Shown here: positions 28,401 through 31,608 of the stretch, one piece after another
How the letters are laid out: the number at the start of each line of letters is the position of its first letter
Numbering within the stretch: the stretch's first letter is position 1
Assembly (NCBI RefSeq): GCF_016806735.1
Contig: NZ_CP060530.1
Span: 240,001 to 272,000 of the forward strand
Direction of reading: 5' to 3'
DNA from: Candidatus Micrarchaeum sp.
Lineage (GTDB): Archaea > Micrarchaeota > Micrarchaeia > Micrarchaeales > Micrarchaeaceae
Length of the DNA: 32,000 nt
Notes under the pieces: model-generated
What the model was told of the DNA's origin: nothing
The model's input: the letters and a program-made list of their open reading frames with translations, nothing else
Database searches by the model: none
Translations under genes and position numbers: made by a program

Positions 28401-31400
28401 TGCGCTCTCGATAAACGGAAACGTCGTGGCACGTTCGCCGAACGGCCTGGTATACAACCTTACAAACCTGACCACGGGCACTTACAGCCTACTCGCACAG
28501 GTCAACGACAGCGCGGATGACAACGCCACGACTTCGGTATCGCTTTCAGTAACGACCCCGCAGGCATACATAAGGATAAGCAACGACCCGGAGCTCTTCA
28601 ACCAGAGCGGCTACATAAACGCCTCGGCTTCGCTCAAGACCGCTCCTGTTGCGCTTTACATAAACGGCACCAAGGTTGCCAATGCAACCGGCAGCGTATC
28701 GTACAGCGAGGCCAAGCTAAAGATAGGCAGCTATTCGATAAAGGCCTGCGATACGTATTCAGGCGCGTGCTCGTACTCTTCGCTAGTGGTTGTGCCAAAC
28801 CCACCAGGGCTTTCGGTGCAATACTATAAGCCGCTCTACAACCAGAACGACACGGTAGTGGCTGTGACAAACATAAGCAGCTACGGCATACAGGTAAAGC
28901 TCAATGGCAACGTCATAGCGAACAATACCAAGTTTTACAGCTTCAATACAAAGGGCTTTGCGCCGGGGCTCTACAACGTGACTGCAACCGAACTGGATGC
29001 AAACGATTCGTACGCCGAATCCACCGCCTTTATAACAGTGGAAAAGCCTGCGATAAGCCTAAGCTTTACAAGCAATACTCCATATTATTCTGCCACAGAT
29101 GTCATAAACGCAACAACCTCGCAGCCTTCTGACATTATAGCCCTATACATAAACGGCAACGTAATCTCAAAGTCCAAGTCAAGGGTCTCTTATTCGGAGA
29201 ACAGCCTTGCCATAGGCACATACAACATAACCGCATGCGATCTCAACGCGAGCTCGTGCGGTTCTGCCAAGATTTACGTAATGCCAAATCCTCCAATACT
29301 TGCAATAAAGAGGAGCCCTGAGCTGTACAGCGCCAACGACACGATAACGGCAACCGCAAACGTCACCGGCAACAGGGTTCAGATACTGGTCAACAACGCA
29401 ATAGTCGCGAACGCAACGGGCAGCGCCACTTACAACGCAAACGTGCTTTCTACCGGCACATACAACATAACAGCAAGGGACATAAGCCCCAATGACACTT
29501 CGCAGACGTCCAGGCAGCTTGACGTCATACCAAACCCTCCATTGCTCACAATCCAGCACAACCCGAACGTCTATTCAAGGAACGATACCATAAGCGCAAG
29601 GGCCAACCTGTCTCTGAACAGGGTGTCGCTCTTCATAAACGGCAAGGCAGTAGTATCAAACGCCATAAATGCCACTTACAATGCCAACGTGCTTGCAGTT
29701 GGCACATACAACATAACAGCAGAAGACCTAAACGCCAGCAACATAGCTTACTCCACTGAATACCTCTCCATAGTGCCAAACCCTCCGCTGCTCACAATCC
29801 AGCACAACCCAGTTTTGTACGGCGTCAACGATTCCATAAGGCTGGAATCAAACATAACAGGAAACCCTGTGGCACTATTCATAAACGGCACAGAAGTGGC
29901 CAACGCCATAGACAATCTGACTTATGTGGAAAATGCATTGGCGATAGGCAACTACATACTGACGGTCAAGGACACAAGCCCGTCCAACCCTGCAAGCTTT
30001 AACACTACTCTATACGTGCTTCCAAACGATCCGCTGCTAAGGGTACAGGGCAATCCGGCTATGCCAGGGCAGAACGATACGATAAGCGCCATAGCAAACA
30101 AGAGCAGCGATTCTGTAGAGCTCCTGATAAACGGTACCGAAGTGGCATCGGGCATCGGAACCGTAAACTACGACACCAACAGGCTTGCCGTAGGGTACTA
30201 TTCATTGGTTGCTGTCGACACCGTACAGCCGGCGTATTCGAAGAAACTGGTGTTCGCGGTGGCGAACACGCCGATTGCTCCTACAAACATAACATCGCTC
30301 ATACCTATACTCATAACAAACAACCAAAGCGTAGCTACTCCGTCACAGTTCCAGCAGCTGCTGCACATAAACAGCAGCGCCTATTCGACTGCCGAAAAGG
30401 CAAACCTCTCCAACGTTGAGTTCTTCTACGGCAACGGCACAGTGATACCCGCATGGATAGAGCAGAACGCAACATCATCTTCAAAACAGACTGCTTATTG
30501 GATAAAGCTGCTTTCAAGCATACCTGCAAAAGGCAGGCAGATAGTGTACATGGGCTTCTCGAACTCCGACATATTCTCACAGCACACAACCGGAGAAGCT
30601 GCACAGCTCTCTTCAACCTATGCAGAATACGACAACGGGCAGAATGTCTTCAATTATTATACGGACTTTGCAGGGACTAGCGCCAATACTAGCCAGTACA
30701 CTGTCAACGGTATAGCAACTATAGACAACGGGCTGATTCTGCCTCCGGGCAACAAGACCAGCTACGTTTCAAGCGTCAAGGAATACGATACCGCAACAAA
30801 CGAGTCCGACATATACTGGGATGCAACTACGCCGCTCAAGAACGCAATAACGCTTGGATACAACGCTTCGCACTCAGTCACAGTAGTGAACGCACTGTTC
30901 TGGGCCGTCAACAACCATAACTACAGGCTATTTACCGCAAAGAGCATATTCAACAACTTCGAGAACGGGCTGGACCTTTCCGGGGATTACGTGTTCTCCA
31001 ACTACAACATAGGCAACAGAAGCTACGGCTCATATTCAAGCCTGGCACAGGAGCAGAACTATACGTCATACAATACGTCAACATACTCATTCAACAGCAA
31101 GGCGTTCCTGCAGGTTGAGAACAACCCGAACAACAGGACCACAGGCGTTTCGGTAGATGTCTACTGGATGAGGACAAGGTCAACGCCTCCAAACGGCGTA
31201 ATGCCATTAGCAAGCTACGGGCTTCTCCACACTCATTCGGTTGGCAGCTGCAACATAACTGCTTCAACGAGCCGCATAAGCCTGGGCACGCTGTTCGCCA
31301 ACACCAGCGAGGCGACCAAGGAGCCGATAGCGCTTACAAACCACGGCAACTCAACTGCGTACGTATACGCATACGGCAGCAAATGGGTATCGCAGTCGCA

Positions 31401-31608
31401 CTACTTCGGCCCGACAAACACTACGTACGCCAACCTAACCGGGGTTCCATGGGCTCTTGCAGGAAGGATATTCAACATACAGAGGAACTGGATAGTCAGC
31501 ATAGCACCTGGCTCCTCGGCGACAGTGTACATAGGTGCAGACATACCGAACTCCACCTATGAAGGCAATTACTCGCAGAGCATATACTTCGTGAGCGACT
31601 GCGCCTGA
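16324..31608 (+). CDS. giant (5,094 aa) pilin-anchored surface protein: class III signal + 7 DUF2341-like/lectin-like modules + ~27 Ig-like units + Cys-bracketed C-terminal domain
   Basis: Single open frame. The track start 16225 is replaced by ATG 16324, 13 nt after the MinD stop, which yields MRSETVKASAGFAGKPLRQQSVVEFVLTYGWAILLIAIVLGAMYAVGLF. The domain order was read directly from the translation (see sub-features). All minus-strand ORFs inside are shadow ORFs. Confidence 0.85.
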   Translation: MRSETVKASAGFAGKPLRQQSVVEFVLTYGWAILLIAIVLGAMYAVGLFRPSIPTTCLPNSGYLCESPIMNTSGYVAVKFGTVNQQNIVITGLGCSSGDVVPSNISSTNLPVSSGQVKALVFKCPVQAHSINSHFTGTLWLQYTSDGIPGQLGEIGTLSAAESTPDIVATAFVSSNSTSTSTSTTSTSTSTTTTSTSTTSTSTTTSTSTIPYVPIILKNSQSSNTPAPFQQMVIANSTKYASYIHSGWSNVEFTTGPAATGNTISAWIESNATNSSKTTVVWLKLLSGIKANNSSVVYMDFMPGNVLSSNGPTGEAPQLSPSYAEYDDGASVFDFYANFAGTSLSSNWTSGESDGTISVNNGLTETIPYDAATGSYTYVSTSLYKINGPVIAESYANLNGFDTTNFRMVPVALTQYNNQTWHADNSENENAAGWSGNVQANPTISAETTTSSAADEFESSQISSSNAYQLFGILYPDNGSVSVQYNYQNWGSTTTYVPSTPLYLTISNWLNPAQSEYSTTYPINVDWIRVRAYPPNGVMPSVTFWNQDASPLLKIQNNTTVYASSNDIINATALFPNTSIELLRNGSVIASGTGSVSYILNSNSSSTWAAGRYYITAYEPGVGVPNTIQNITISKATPKINESVSNLNTFNTGTIYNYSIKYSVNSFDNQLDAYLSINGINVSSTNSISTYTFNMSNTTSFYAFTPGNANYTAVALNKTSVYVVRYPYYVPITIYNNQSSNTPAPFQQLIKINMSKYANYASDNLSNIFFFYQNKTIIPSWQESGTAGATFNGAPAYMMQEGGYKWMNNAAQHFTISIWVNPSSPNGVILDELNQSDSWHDSWLDLVNGNVQMRIWNLGCVNLGAIPDNQWSNIVMEYNGSTYSGYINGNFAGSGTGTRSVPGGSYALSYALGKNDTTNCGSGSAFDGLMLNYQIYNTTLQPSGIKSIYSNGKYGTPPFNSSEGLSGWWQLKYNSSAQEGGDNMVYSNVNFTSLNTYYWLKLNNGIPANSNLTVYMGFANKSDMLFNKLTTGEAPQLSPSYAEYDDGASVFNNYWNFAGTTLPSGWTSTTDFTGSVNNGLTVTSSSAWAGVASGAITASPPIILDAYDEVTSEQAANIGFSSGTSFSSTYSYYDSYQYLQASGSSYTTANIYYATSSAQTAIVTGTLPTASNSGYNVYSAVFTASNVAQLQNYASVDSASTTDLSSASYVFASVYSGATEKIQWMRTRAYPPNGVMPSYNIGLTYAPAAPELLINKSTISYGHTDAIATSSQISGDEVELSINGNVVSGPTSNTINYDFPISVPGTYIVNATNINNSKTTSLQITVVKAVPEIHGPKPGFYSNSYNSTYSISTVSNQLTGNLYVNGVKVSATNSSNTIELNALGTYALIFNTTGNANYTSATTGIINVDIINQSVPYKIPDNIYYYSVVHVHNSQSVPTIKQPQEYLQINASAFENYINYNYSSANFEFFSANGTIVPGWIIDNVSGEIGIWLKLPESIPAGSNETVYLGFAQKATNLLSSSGTTGIGEAPQLSSTYAEYDDGTGVFQAYFNGVTPLSDFSVQSGYSSAQASGQCATSLNCRSSTVYYIKSSGSGARAFDVAYNKAFPDNATLVLGSNIDTTLTNEGFVSLGAASMSSSPPGIDYSAGNGDSLSTTWLQGGNYGGSPGSTSSTPPPYLYYEMSYVPGASDVVSTIYDEGASVSYNNYIPSSYSGGLYIGIASATEYVNELDYSSWMAAAQSTSTGVFPAANVTRNAQPVGSIELLINSQRENTTLNYSIINITATSLSGIYSTDTVEVLLNGNIICTGVGTCTYDSPIAASTSTYNVTAKNLNTSAERTFGLKVDKAVPEIRTNAPYYGINNGTMYYSVNTINSQIRAYLYVNGVQVSNTISESSYVVNAIGNYSLYASTPGDSNYTNFTTPTKTMHIIPSPKFFIPILITNNQSVATPAPFQQELTFNSLTYKYAEAGNLDNVLFFYANGTVVPSWLESGNSNTSTSTIYWLNISHGIPAKSSITVYLGITAKNYSVFNNVSIGEAAQLSSPYGEYDNIAHVMDKGLLYQIWGWGGSGIQSQSELYQSSMTPGSSFTFGTTTATASQTLYNANFTGVTEDVDGSSEPYVIINYQNGYSGGAPPPNPPVSNDNFWLLKAIGFVHYTSGVSLYGIADDAIGLGYSQYSTGSIGSWIGGTNNPNNTISEWKAEGATVYSGTISSSGDYPIELDFENQNGPGYIGMWSNSPLNYYSAAYPPDGVMPSAGVEAINGPPALNITYDTIAYSNTTDYIYATGRPSNNTVEILINGNVVDTGIGTLNYTLPILPAGTYKIEAYDTNKNLSTNGTITIIKAVPEITETSGGTYSKNYTIGFASNTVNDQLTLNLYVDNAIVASTNSVSDYPINKVGNYTFFAGTAGNANYTARNLTLQQLHVIPKQVPSIVPNDIAYYVPIVIANNQPVATPAPFQEMLTVDSALYKQYENGSLENVKFFYSNGTTVPSWLYSGNSNHSTSSIYWVKLSGGISADSYQTIFMGFSTMEAVIMNNRTTGEAPQLSKVYGQYDDIAGVMNPGLLYEVYYNGAVTGCVPTDNDVYAAVVYSGYSINGSCSPITSSTLPSLTPVTGTSQSVDGTGENNVLINVEGGYTGGSPFPNPPVSNYDDIIVTKSIGFADSKQPVNFYVKIDDAGQLGYSNYTLNGSEENWLGSYSNSYNIINEWHAEAATQYNGIVTGTGAYRIQYDYANQGGPGYWSLWSNSSVNYYSPSAQPNGVMPAYTTGQLGYGMNRLIIANNPAQYHVKSGVIAVGLNLTNNIDIYVNGSFVKNGTGIVNYTEDNLPLGNFSVKSVNLATSNTITENLRIIPNDPFLIIQFPQSLYGDQNNITGISNVTGDRIELRLEDGVILSTASNTVVYDGNTLKPGKYNITAIDLNQPAYSQTKSLTILPPNVTLSIQHQTALYYTNDLLNATTSQPLDHVTIAINGTVVANSTSKTSYTENSLPLGVYPVQACDADSLTCTNIENLTIAPNDPHISIQNRLAEFGQNDTITATSNVTGDNVSIIINGKVVASGAGAAYFNTASLVPGTYNATAEDTVQPAYSQPLQFEVTGQVVSPAGILNYVPILITNNQSVATKAPFQQMIEVNAQNYVSYESGGMQNVEFSYSNGTIIPSWFEGSLANESKTTSLNESAGDVYWLKIANGIPAKSSITVYMDFAAVGKNLLNSNSTGEAPQLSSTYAQYDNGANIFNNYWNFAGTSMPSGFTEYSNGGSTSVDNGLNIDLASSGDYMSFVYGTPISANDTIVETYDSGTRGNGPTDLGMYQSNSGSAGGYAGVANTWGWGYGTISSGYSNLGRPFDISDGDGVASIYWIGSGNEGVGWNYDFVSSTNTNEAFHSSAYMTIGIGYAAAGSDINYYWLRTRYYPPNGVMPSVDFGTERSTTGAYLNIRHNPSLYRTNDTFTAIASNATYIIEILKDGTLVSRGSGSTSYTENDFAIGAYNITADNLNTGNTTTLKLSVIQNPPRLSVSKTKLLFGQEDTISAYSNVTGDKIAIEISNSIVSEGINNATYAETNLSIGNHTVVAEDLNASNLAQSAPQVITVLKNPPRLEIESSNSPYGKDDNITAISNVTGNRVQILVNNAIVANATGTTVYNANTLTVGTYNITARDISPNDTSQTSNTLTIEPPNIELYFTSNPSFYGNRNEITAEASIGIDNVTLSINGNLVAIGVGKANFTESNFSVGNYTVQGCDTTAKFCTANTTLRVEPNPPLLTIQHNPMLYDQDNNITAKANNTGSGIKLLINGTVVENGTNEVFYNAKSLALGTYNITAESLSDNVLAVTTAKLTVNKNLPILSIQNRTPLYRNTNLISVLANVTGYPIELLINGTEVANGIGNITYDADTLKPGNYSVIAADTNSSNPSTVNSTIKVLAPKVSITPVKGSPEYGLNFTLEANTTQKLDTVNMSIGNTLIGRSASHFNYTEDNLSIGTYNITACDVNASVCAKYSLTISKNYPSLKLSQNPSPYGTPNYATVNTSLHGKVVALSINGNVVARSPNGLVYNLTNLTTGTYSLLAQVNDSADDNATTSVSLSVTTPQAYIRISNDPELFNQSGYINASASLKTAPVALYINGTKVANATGSVSYSEAKLKIGSYSIKACDTYSGACSYSSLVVVPNPPGLSVQYYKPLYNQNDTVVAVTNISSYGIQVKLNGNVIANNTKFYSFNTKGFAPGLYNVTATELDANDSYAESTAFITVEKPAISLSFTSNTPYYSATDVINATTSQPSDIIALYINGNVISKSKSRVSYSENSLAIGTYNITACDLNASSCGSAKIYVMPNPPILAIKRSPELYSANDTITATANVTGNRVQILVNNAIVANATGSATYNANVLSTGTYNITARDISPNDTSQTSRQLDVIPNPPLLTIQHNPNVYSRNDTISARANLSLNRVSLFINGKAVVSNAINATYNANVLAVGTYNITAEDLNASNIAYSTEYLSIVPNPPLLTIQHNPVLYGVNDSIRLESNITGNPVALFINGTEVANAIDNLTYVENALAIGNYILTVKDTSPSNPASFNTTLYVLPNDPLLRVQGNPAMPGQNDTISAIANKSSDSVELLINGTEVASGIGTVNYDTNRLAVGYYSLVAVDTVQPAYSKKLVFAVANTPIAPTNITSLIPILITNNQSVATPSQFQQLLHINSSAYSTAEKANLSNVEFFYGNGTVIPAWIEQNATSSSKQTAYWIKLLSSIPAKGRQIVYMGFSNSDIFSQHTTGEAAQLSSTYAEYDNGQNVFNYYTDFAGTSANTSQYTVNGIATIDNGLILPPGNKTSYVSSVKEYDTATNESDIYWDATTPLKNAITLGYNASHSVTVVNALFWAVNNHNYRLFTAKSIFNNFENGLDLSGDYVFSNYNIGNRSYGSYSSLAQEQNYTSYNTSTYSFNSKAFLQVENNPNNRTTGVSVDVYWMRTRSTPPNGVMPLASYGLLHTHSVGSCNITASTSRISLGTLFANTSEATKEPIALTNHGNSTAYVYAYGSKWVSQSHYFGPTNTTYANLTGVPWALAGRIFNIQRNWIVSIAPGSSATVYIGADIPNSTYEGNYSQSIYFVSDCA
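16843..16950 (+). repeat. Ser/Thr low-complexity linker (SSNSTSTSTSTTSTSTSTTTTSTSTTSTSTTTSTST)
   Basis: About 36 codons of almost pure ACN/TCN/AGC codons between the 4-Cys N-terminal head and the first DUF2341-like module. Confidence 0.9.
16951..17946 (+). other. module 1: DUF2341-like + ConA/LamG-like domain
   Basis: IPYVPIILKNSQSSNTPAPFQQMVI...NVEFTT...ISAWIES...VVWLKLLSGIKANNSSVVYMDF...GEAPQLSPSYAEYDDGASVF...NFAGTSLSSNWTS...VDWIRVRAYPPNGVMPS. Confidence 0.6.
17947..18498 (+). repeat. Ig-like pair 1 (type B unit + type C unit)
   Basis: B: ...IELLRNGSVIASGTGSVSYIL...GRYYITAYE...ITISKATPKI. C: ...NQLDAYLSINGINVSSTNSISTYTF...FTPGNANYTAVALNKTSVYVV. The same B+C pair recurs after modules 2, 3 and 4. 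Confidence 0.55.
18499..20037 (+). other. module 2: DUF2341-like domain interrupted by a nested LamG-like domain, then ConA/LamG-like domain
   Basis: YPYYVPITIYNNQSSNTPAPFQQLIKI...IIPSWQESG[~165-aa insert]...YYWLKLNNGIPANSNLTVYMGF...GEAPQLSPSYAEYDDGASVF...IQWMRTRAYPPNGVMPS. Confidence 0.6.
18694..19185 (+). other. nested Laminin_G_3-like (ConA-like lectin) insertion inside module 2
   Basis: FNGAPAYM...HFTISIWVNPSSPNGVILDE...LVNGNVQMRIW...IPDNQWSNIVMEYNGSTYSGYINGNFAGSG...ALGKND...FDGLMLNYQIYNTTLQPSGIKSIYSNG follows the Laminin_G_3 consensus as I recall it (FtvsaWv...W.hva.tydG....lYvdG......lG.....f.G.iDevriynraLs..ei..ly). Confidence 0.6.
20038..20592 (+). repeat. Ig-like pair 2 (B + C)
   Basis: ...VELSINGNVVSGPTSNTINYDF..GTYIVNATN...ITVVKAVPEI ; ...NQLTGNLYVNGVKVSATNSSNTIEL...NTTGNANYTSATTGIINVDI. 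Confidence 0.55.
20593..21567 (+). other. module 3: divergent DUF2341-like + lectin-like domain (degenerate terminal motif)
   Basis: YYYSVVHVHNSQSVPTIKQPQEYLQI...FEFFSANGTIVPGWIID...IGIWLKLPESIPAGSNETVYLGF...GEAPQLSSTYAEYDDGTGVF... It ends ...STGVFPAA instead of PPNGVMPS. Confidence 0.5.
21568..22122 (+). repeat. Ig-like pair 3 (B + C)
   Basis: ...VEVLLNGNIICTGVGTCTYDS...YNVTAKN...LKVDKAVPEI ; ...SQIRAYLYVNGVQVSNTISESSYVV...STPGDSNYTNFTTPTKTMHII. Confidence 0.55.
22123..23085 (+). other. module 4: DUF2341-like + PA14-like domain
   Basis: FFIPILITNNQSVATPAPFQQELTF...VLFFYANGTVVPSWLES...IYWLNISHGIPAKSSITVYLG...GEAAQLSSPYGEYDN, then LLYQIWGWGG...FWLLKAIGFVHYTSGVSLYGIADDAIGLGYS...GDYPIELDFENQNGPGYIGMWSN...YPPDGVMPS (PA14-like pattern). 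Confidence 0.5.
23086..23637 (+). repeat. Ig-like pair 4 (B + C)
   Basis: ...VEILINGNVVDTGIGTLNYTL..GTYKIEAYD...ITIIKAVPEI ; ...DQLTLNLYVDNAIVASTNSVSDYPI...GTAGNANYTARNLTLQQLHVI. Confidence 0.55.
23638..24612 (+). other. module 5: DUF2341-like + PA14-like domain
   Basis: YYVPIVIANNQPVATPAPFQEMLTV...VKFFYSNGTTVPSWLYS...IYWVKLSGGISADSYQTIFMGF...GEAPQLSKVYGQYDD, then LLYEVYYNG...FYVKIDDAGQLGYS...GAYRIQYDYANQGGPGYWSLWSN...AQPNGVMPA. Confidence 0.5.
24613..25638 (+). repeat. tandem array of 4 Ig-like units (~80-90 aa each)
   Basis: Units begin ...RLIIANNP, PNDPFLIIQ, PPNVTLSIQ, PNDPHISIQ. The third carries the Cys pair ACDADSLTC (TGC at 25312 and 25333). Confidence 0.65.
25639..26571 (+). other. 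module 6: DUF2341-like + ConA/LamG-like domain
   Basis: YVPILITNNQSVATKAPFQQMIEV...VEFSYSNGTIIPSWFEG...VYWLKIANGIPAKSSITVYMDF...GEAPQLSSTYAQYDNGANIF...NFAGTSMPSGFTE...YYWLRTRYYPPNGVMPS. Confidence 0.6.
26572..30300 (+). repeat. tandem array of 15 Ig-like units (average ~83 aa / ~249 nt)
   Basis: Unit boundaries were read from recurring N-P-P-x-L-x-I/V and P-x-I/V-x-L starts. The core is ...NVTG..V.L.INGT.VA...G...Y.A..L..GTYNITA.D... Four units (4, 7, 9, 11) belong to a Cys-pair subtype. Confidence 0.75.
30301..31206 (+). other. module 7: DUF2341-like + ConA/LamG-like domain
   Basis: IPILITNNQSVATPSQFQQLLHI...VEFFYGNGTVIPAWIEQ...AYWIKLLSSIPAKGRQIVYMGF...GEAAQLSSTYAEYDNGQNVF...DFAGTS...VDVYWMRTRSTPPNGVMP. 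Confidence 0.6.
31207..31605 (+). other. C-terminal ~130-aa Cys-bracketed domain of unknown family (no TM or sorting signal)
   Basis: LASYGLLHTHSVGSCNITASTSRISLGTLFANTSEATKEPIALTNHGNSTAYVYAYGSKW...SIAPGSSATVYIGADIPNSTYEGNYSQSIYFVSDCA. One Cys lies near each end, the pattern looks beta-rich, and there is no hydrophobic tail. Confidence 0.5.

Noticed and set aside
24613-30300. Whether the regular ~250-nt periodic repeats could be a CRISPR array or a non-coding satellite
   Set aside because: Units are ~250 nt, diverged throughout rather than showing conserved short repeats with unique spacers. They stay in one open reading frame with conserved amino-acid motifs. These are coding Ig-like tandem repeats.
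13348-31608. Whether the surface locus is a mobile or horizontally acquired island (integrase, transposase, flanking direct repeats, tRNA-adjacent insertion)
   Set aside because: No integrase, transposase or IS-like ORFs and no flanking repeats were seen in the window. The tRNA genes are 5 kb away and separated by housekeeping genes. Composition looks similar to the rest of the window by eye. This cannot be excluded without compositional statistics.
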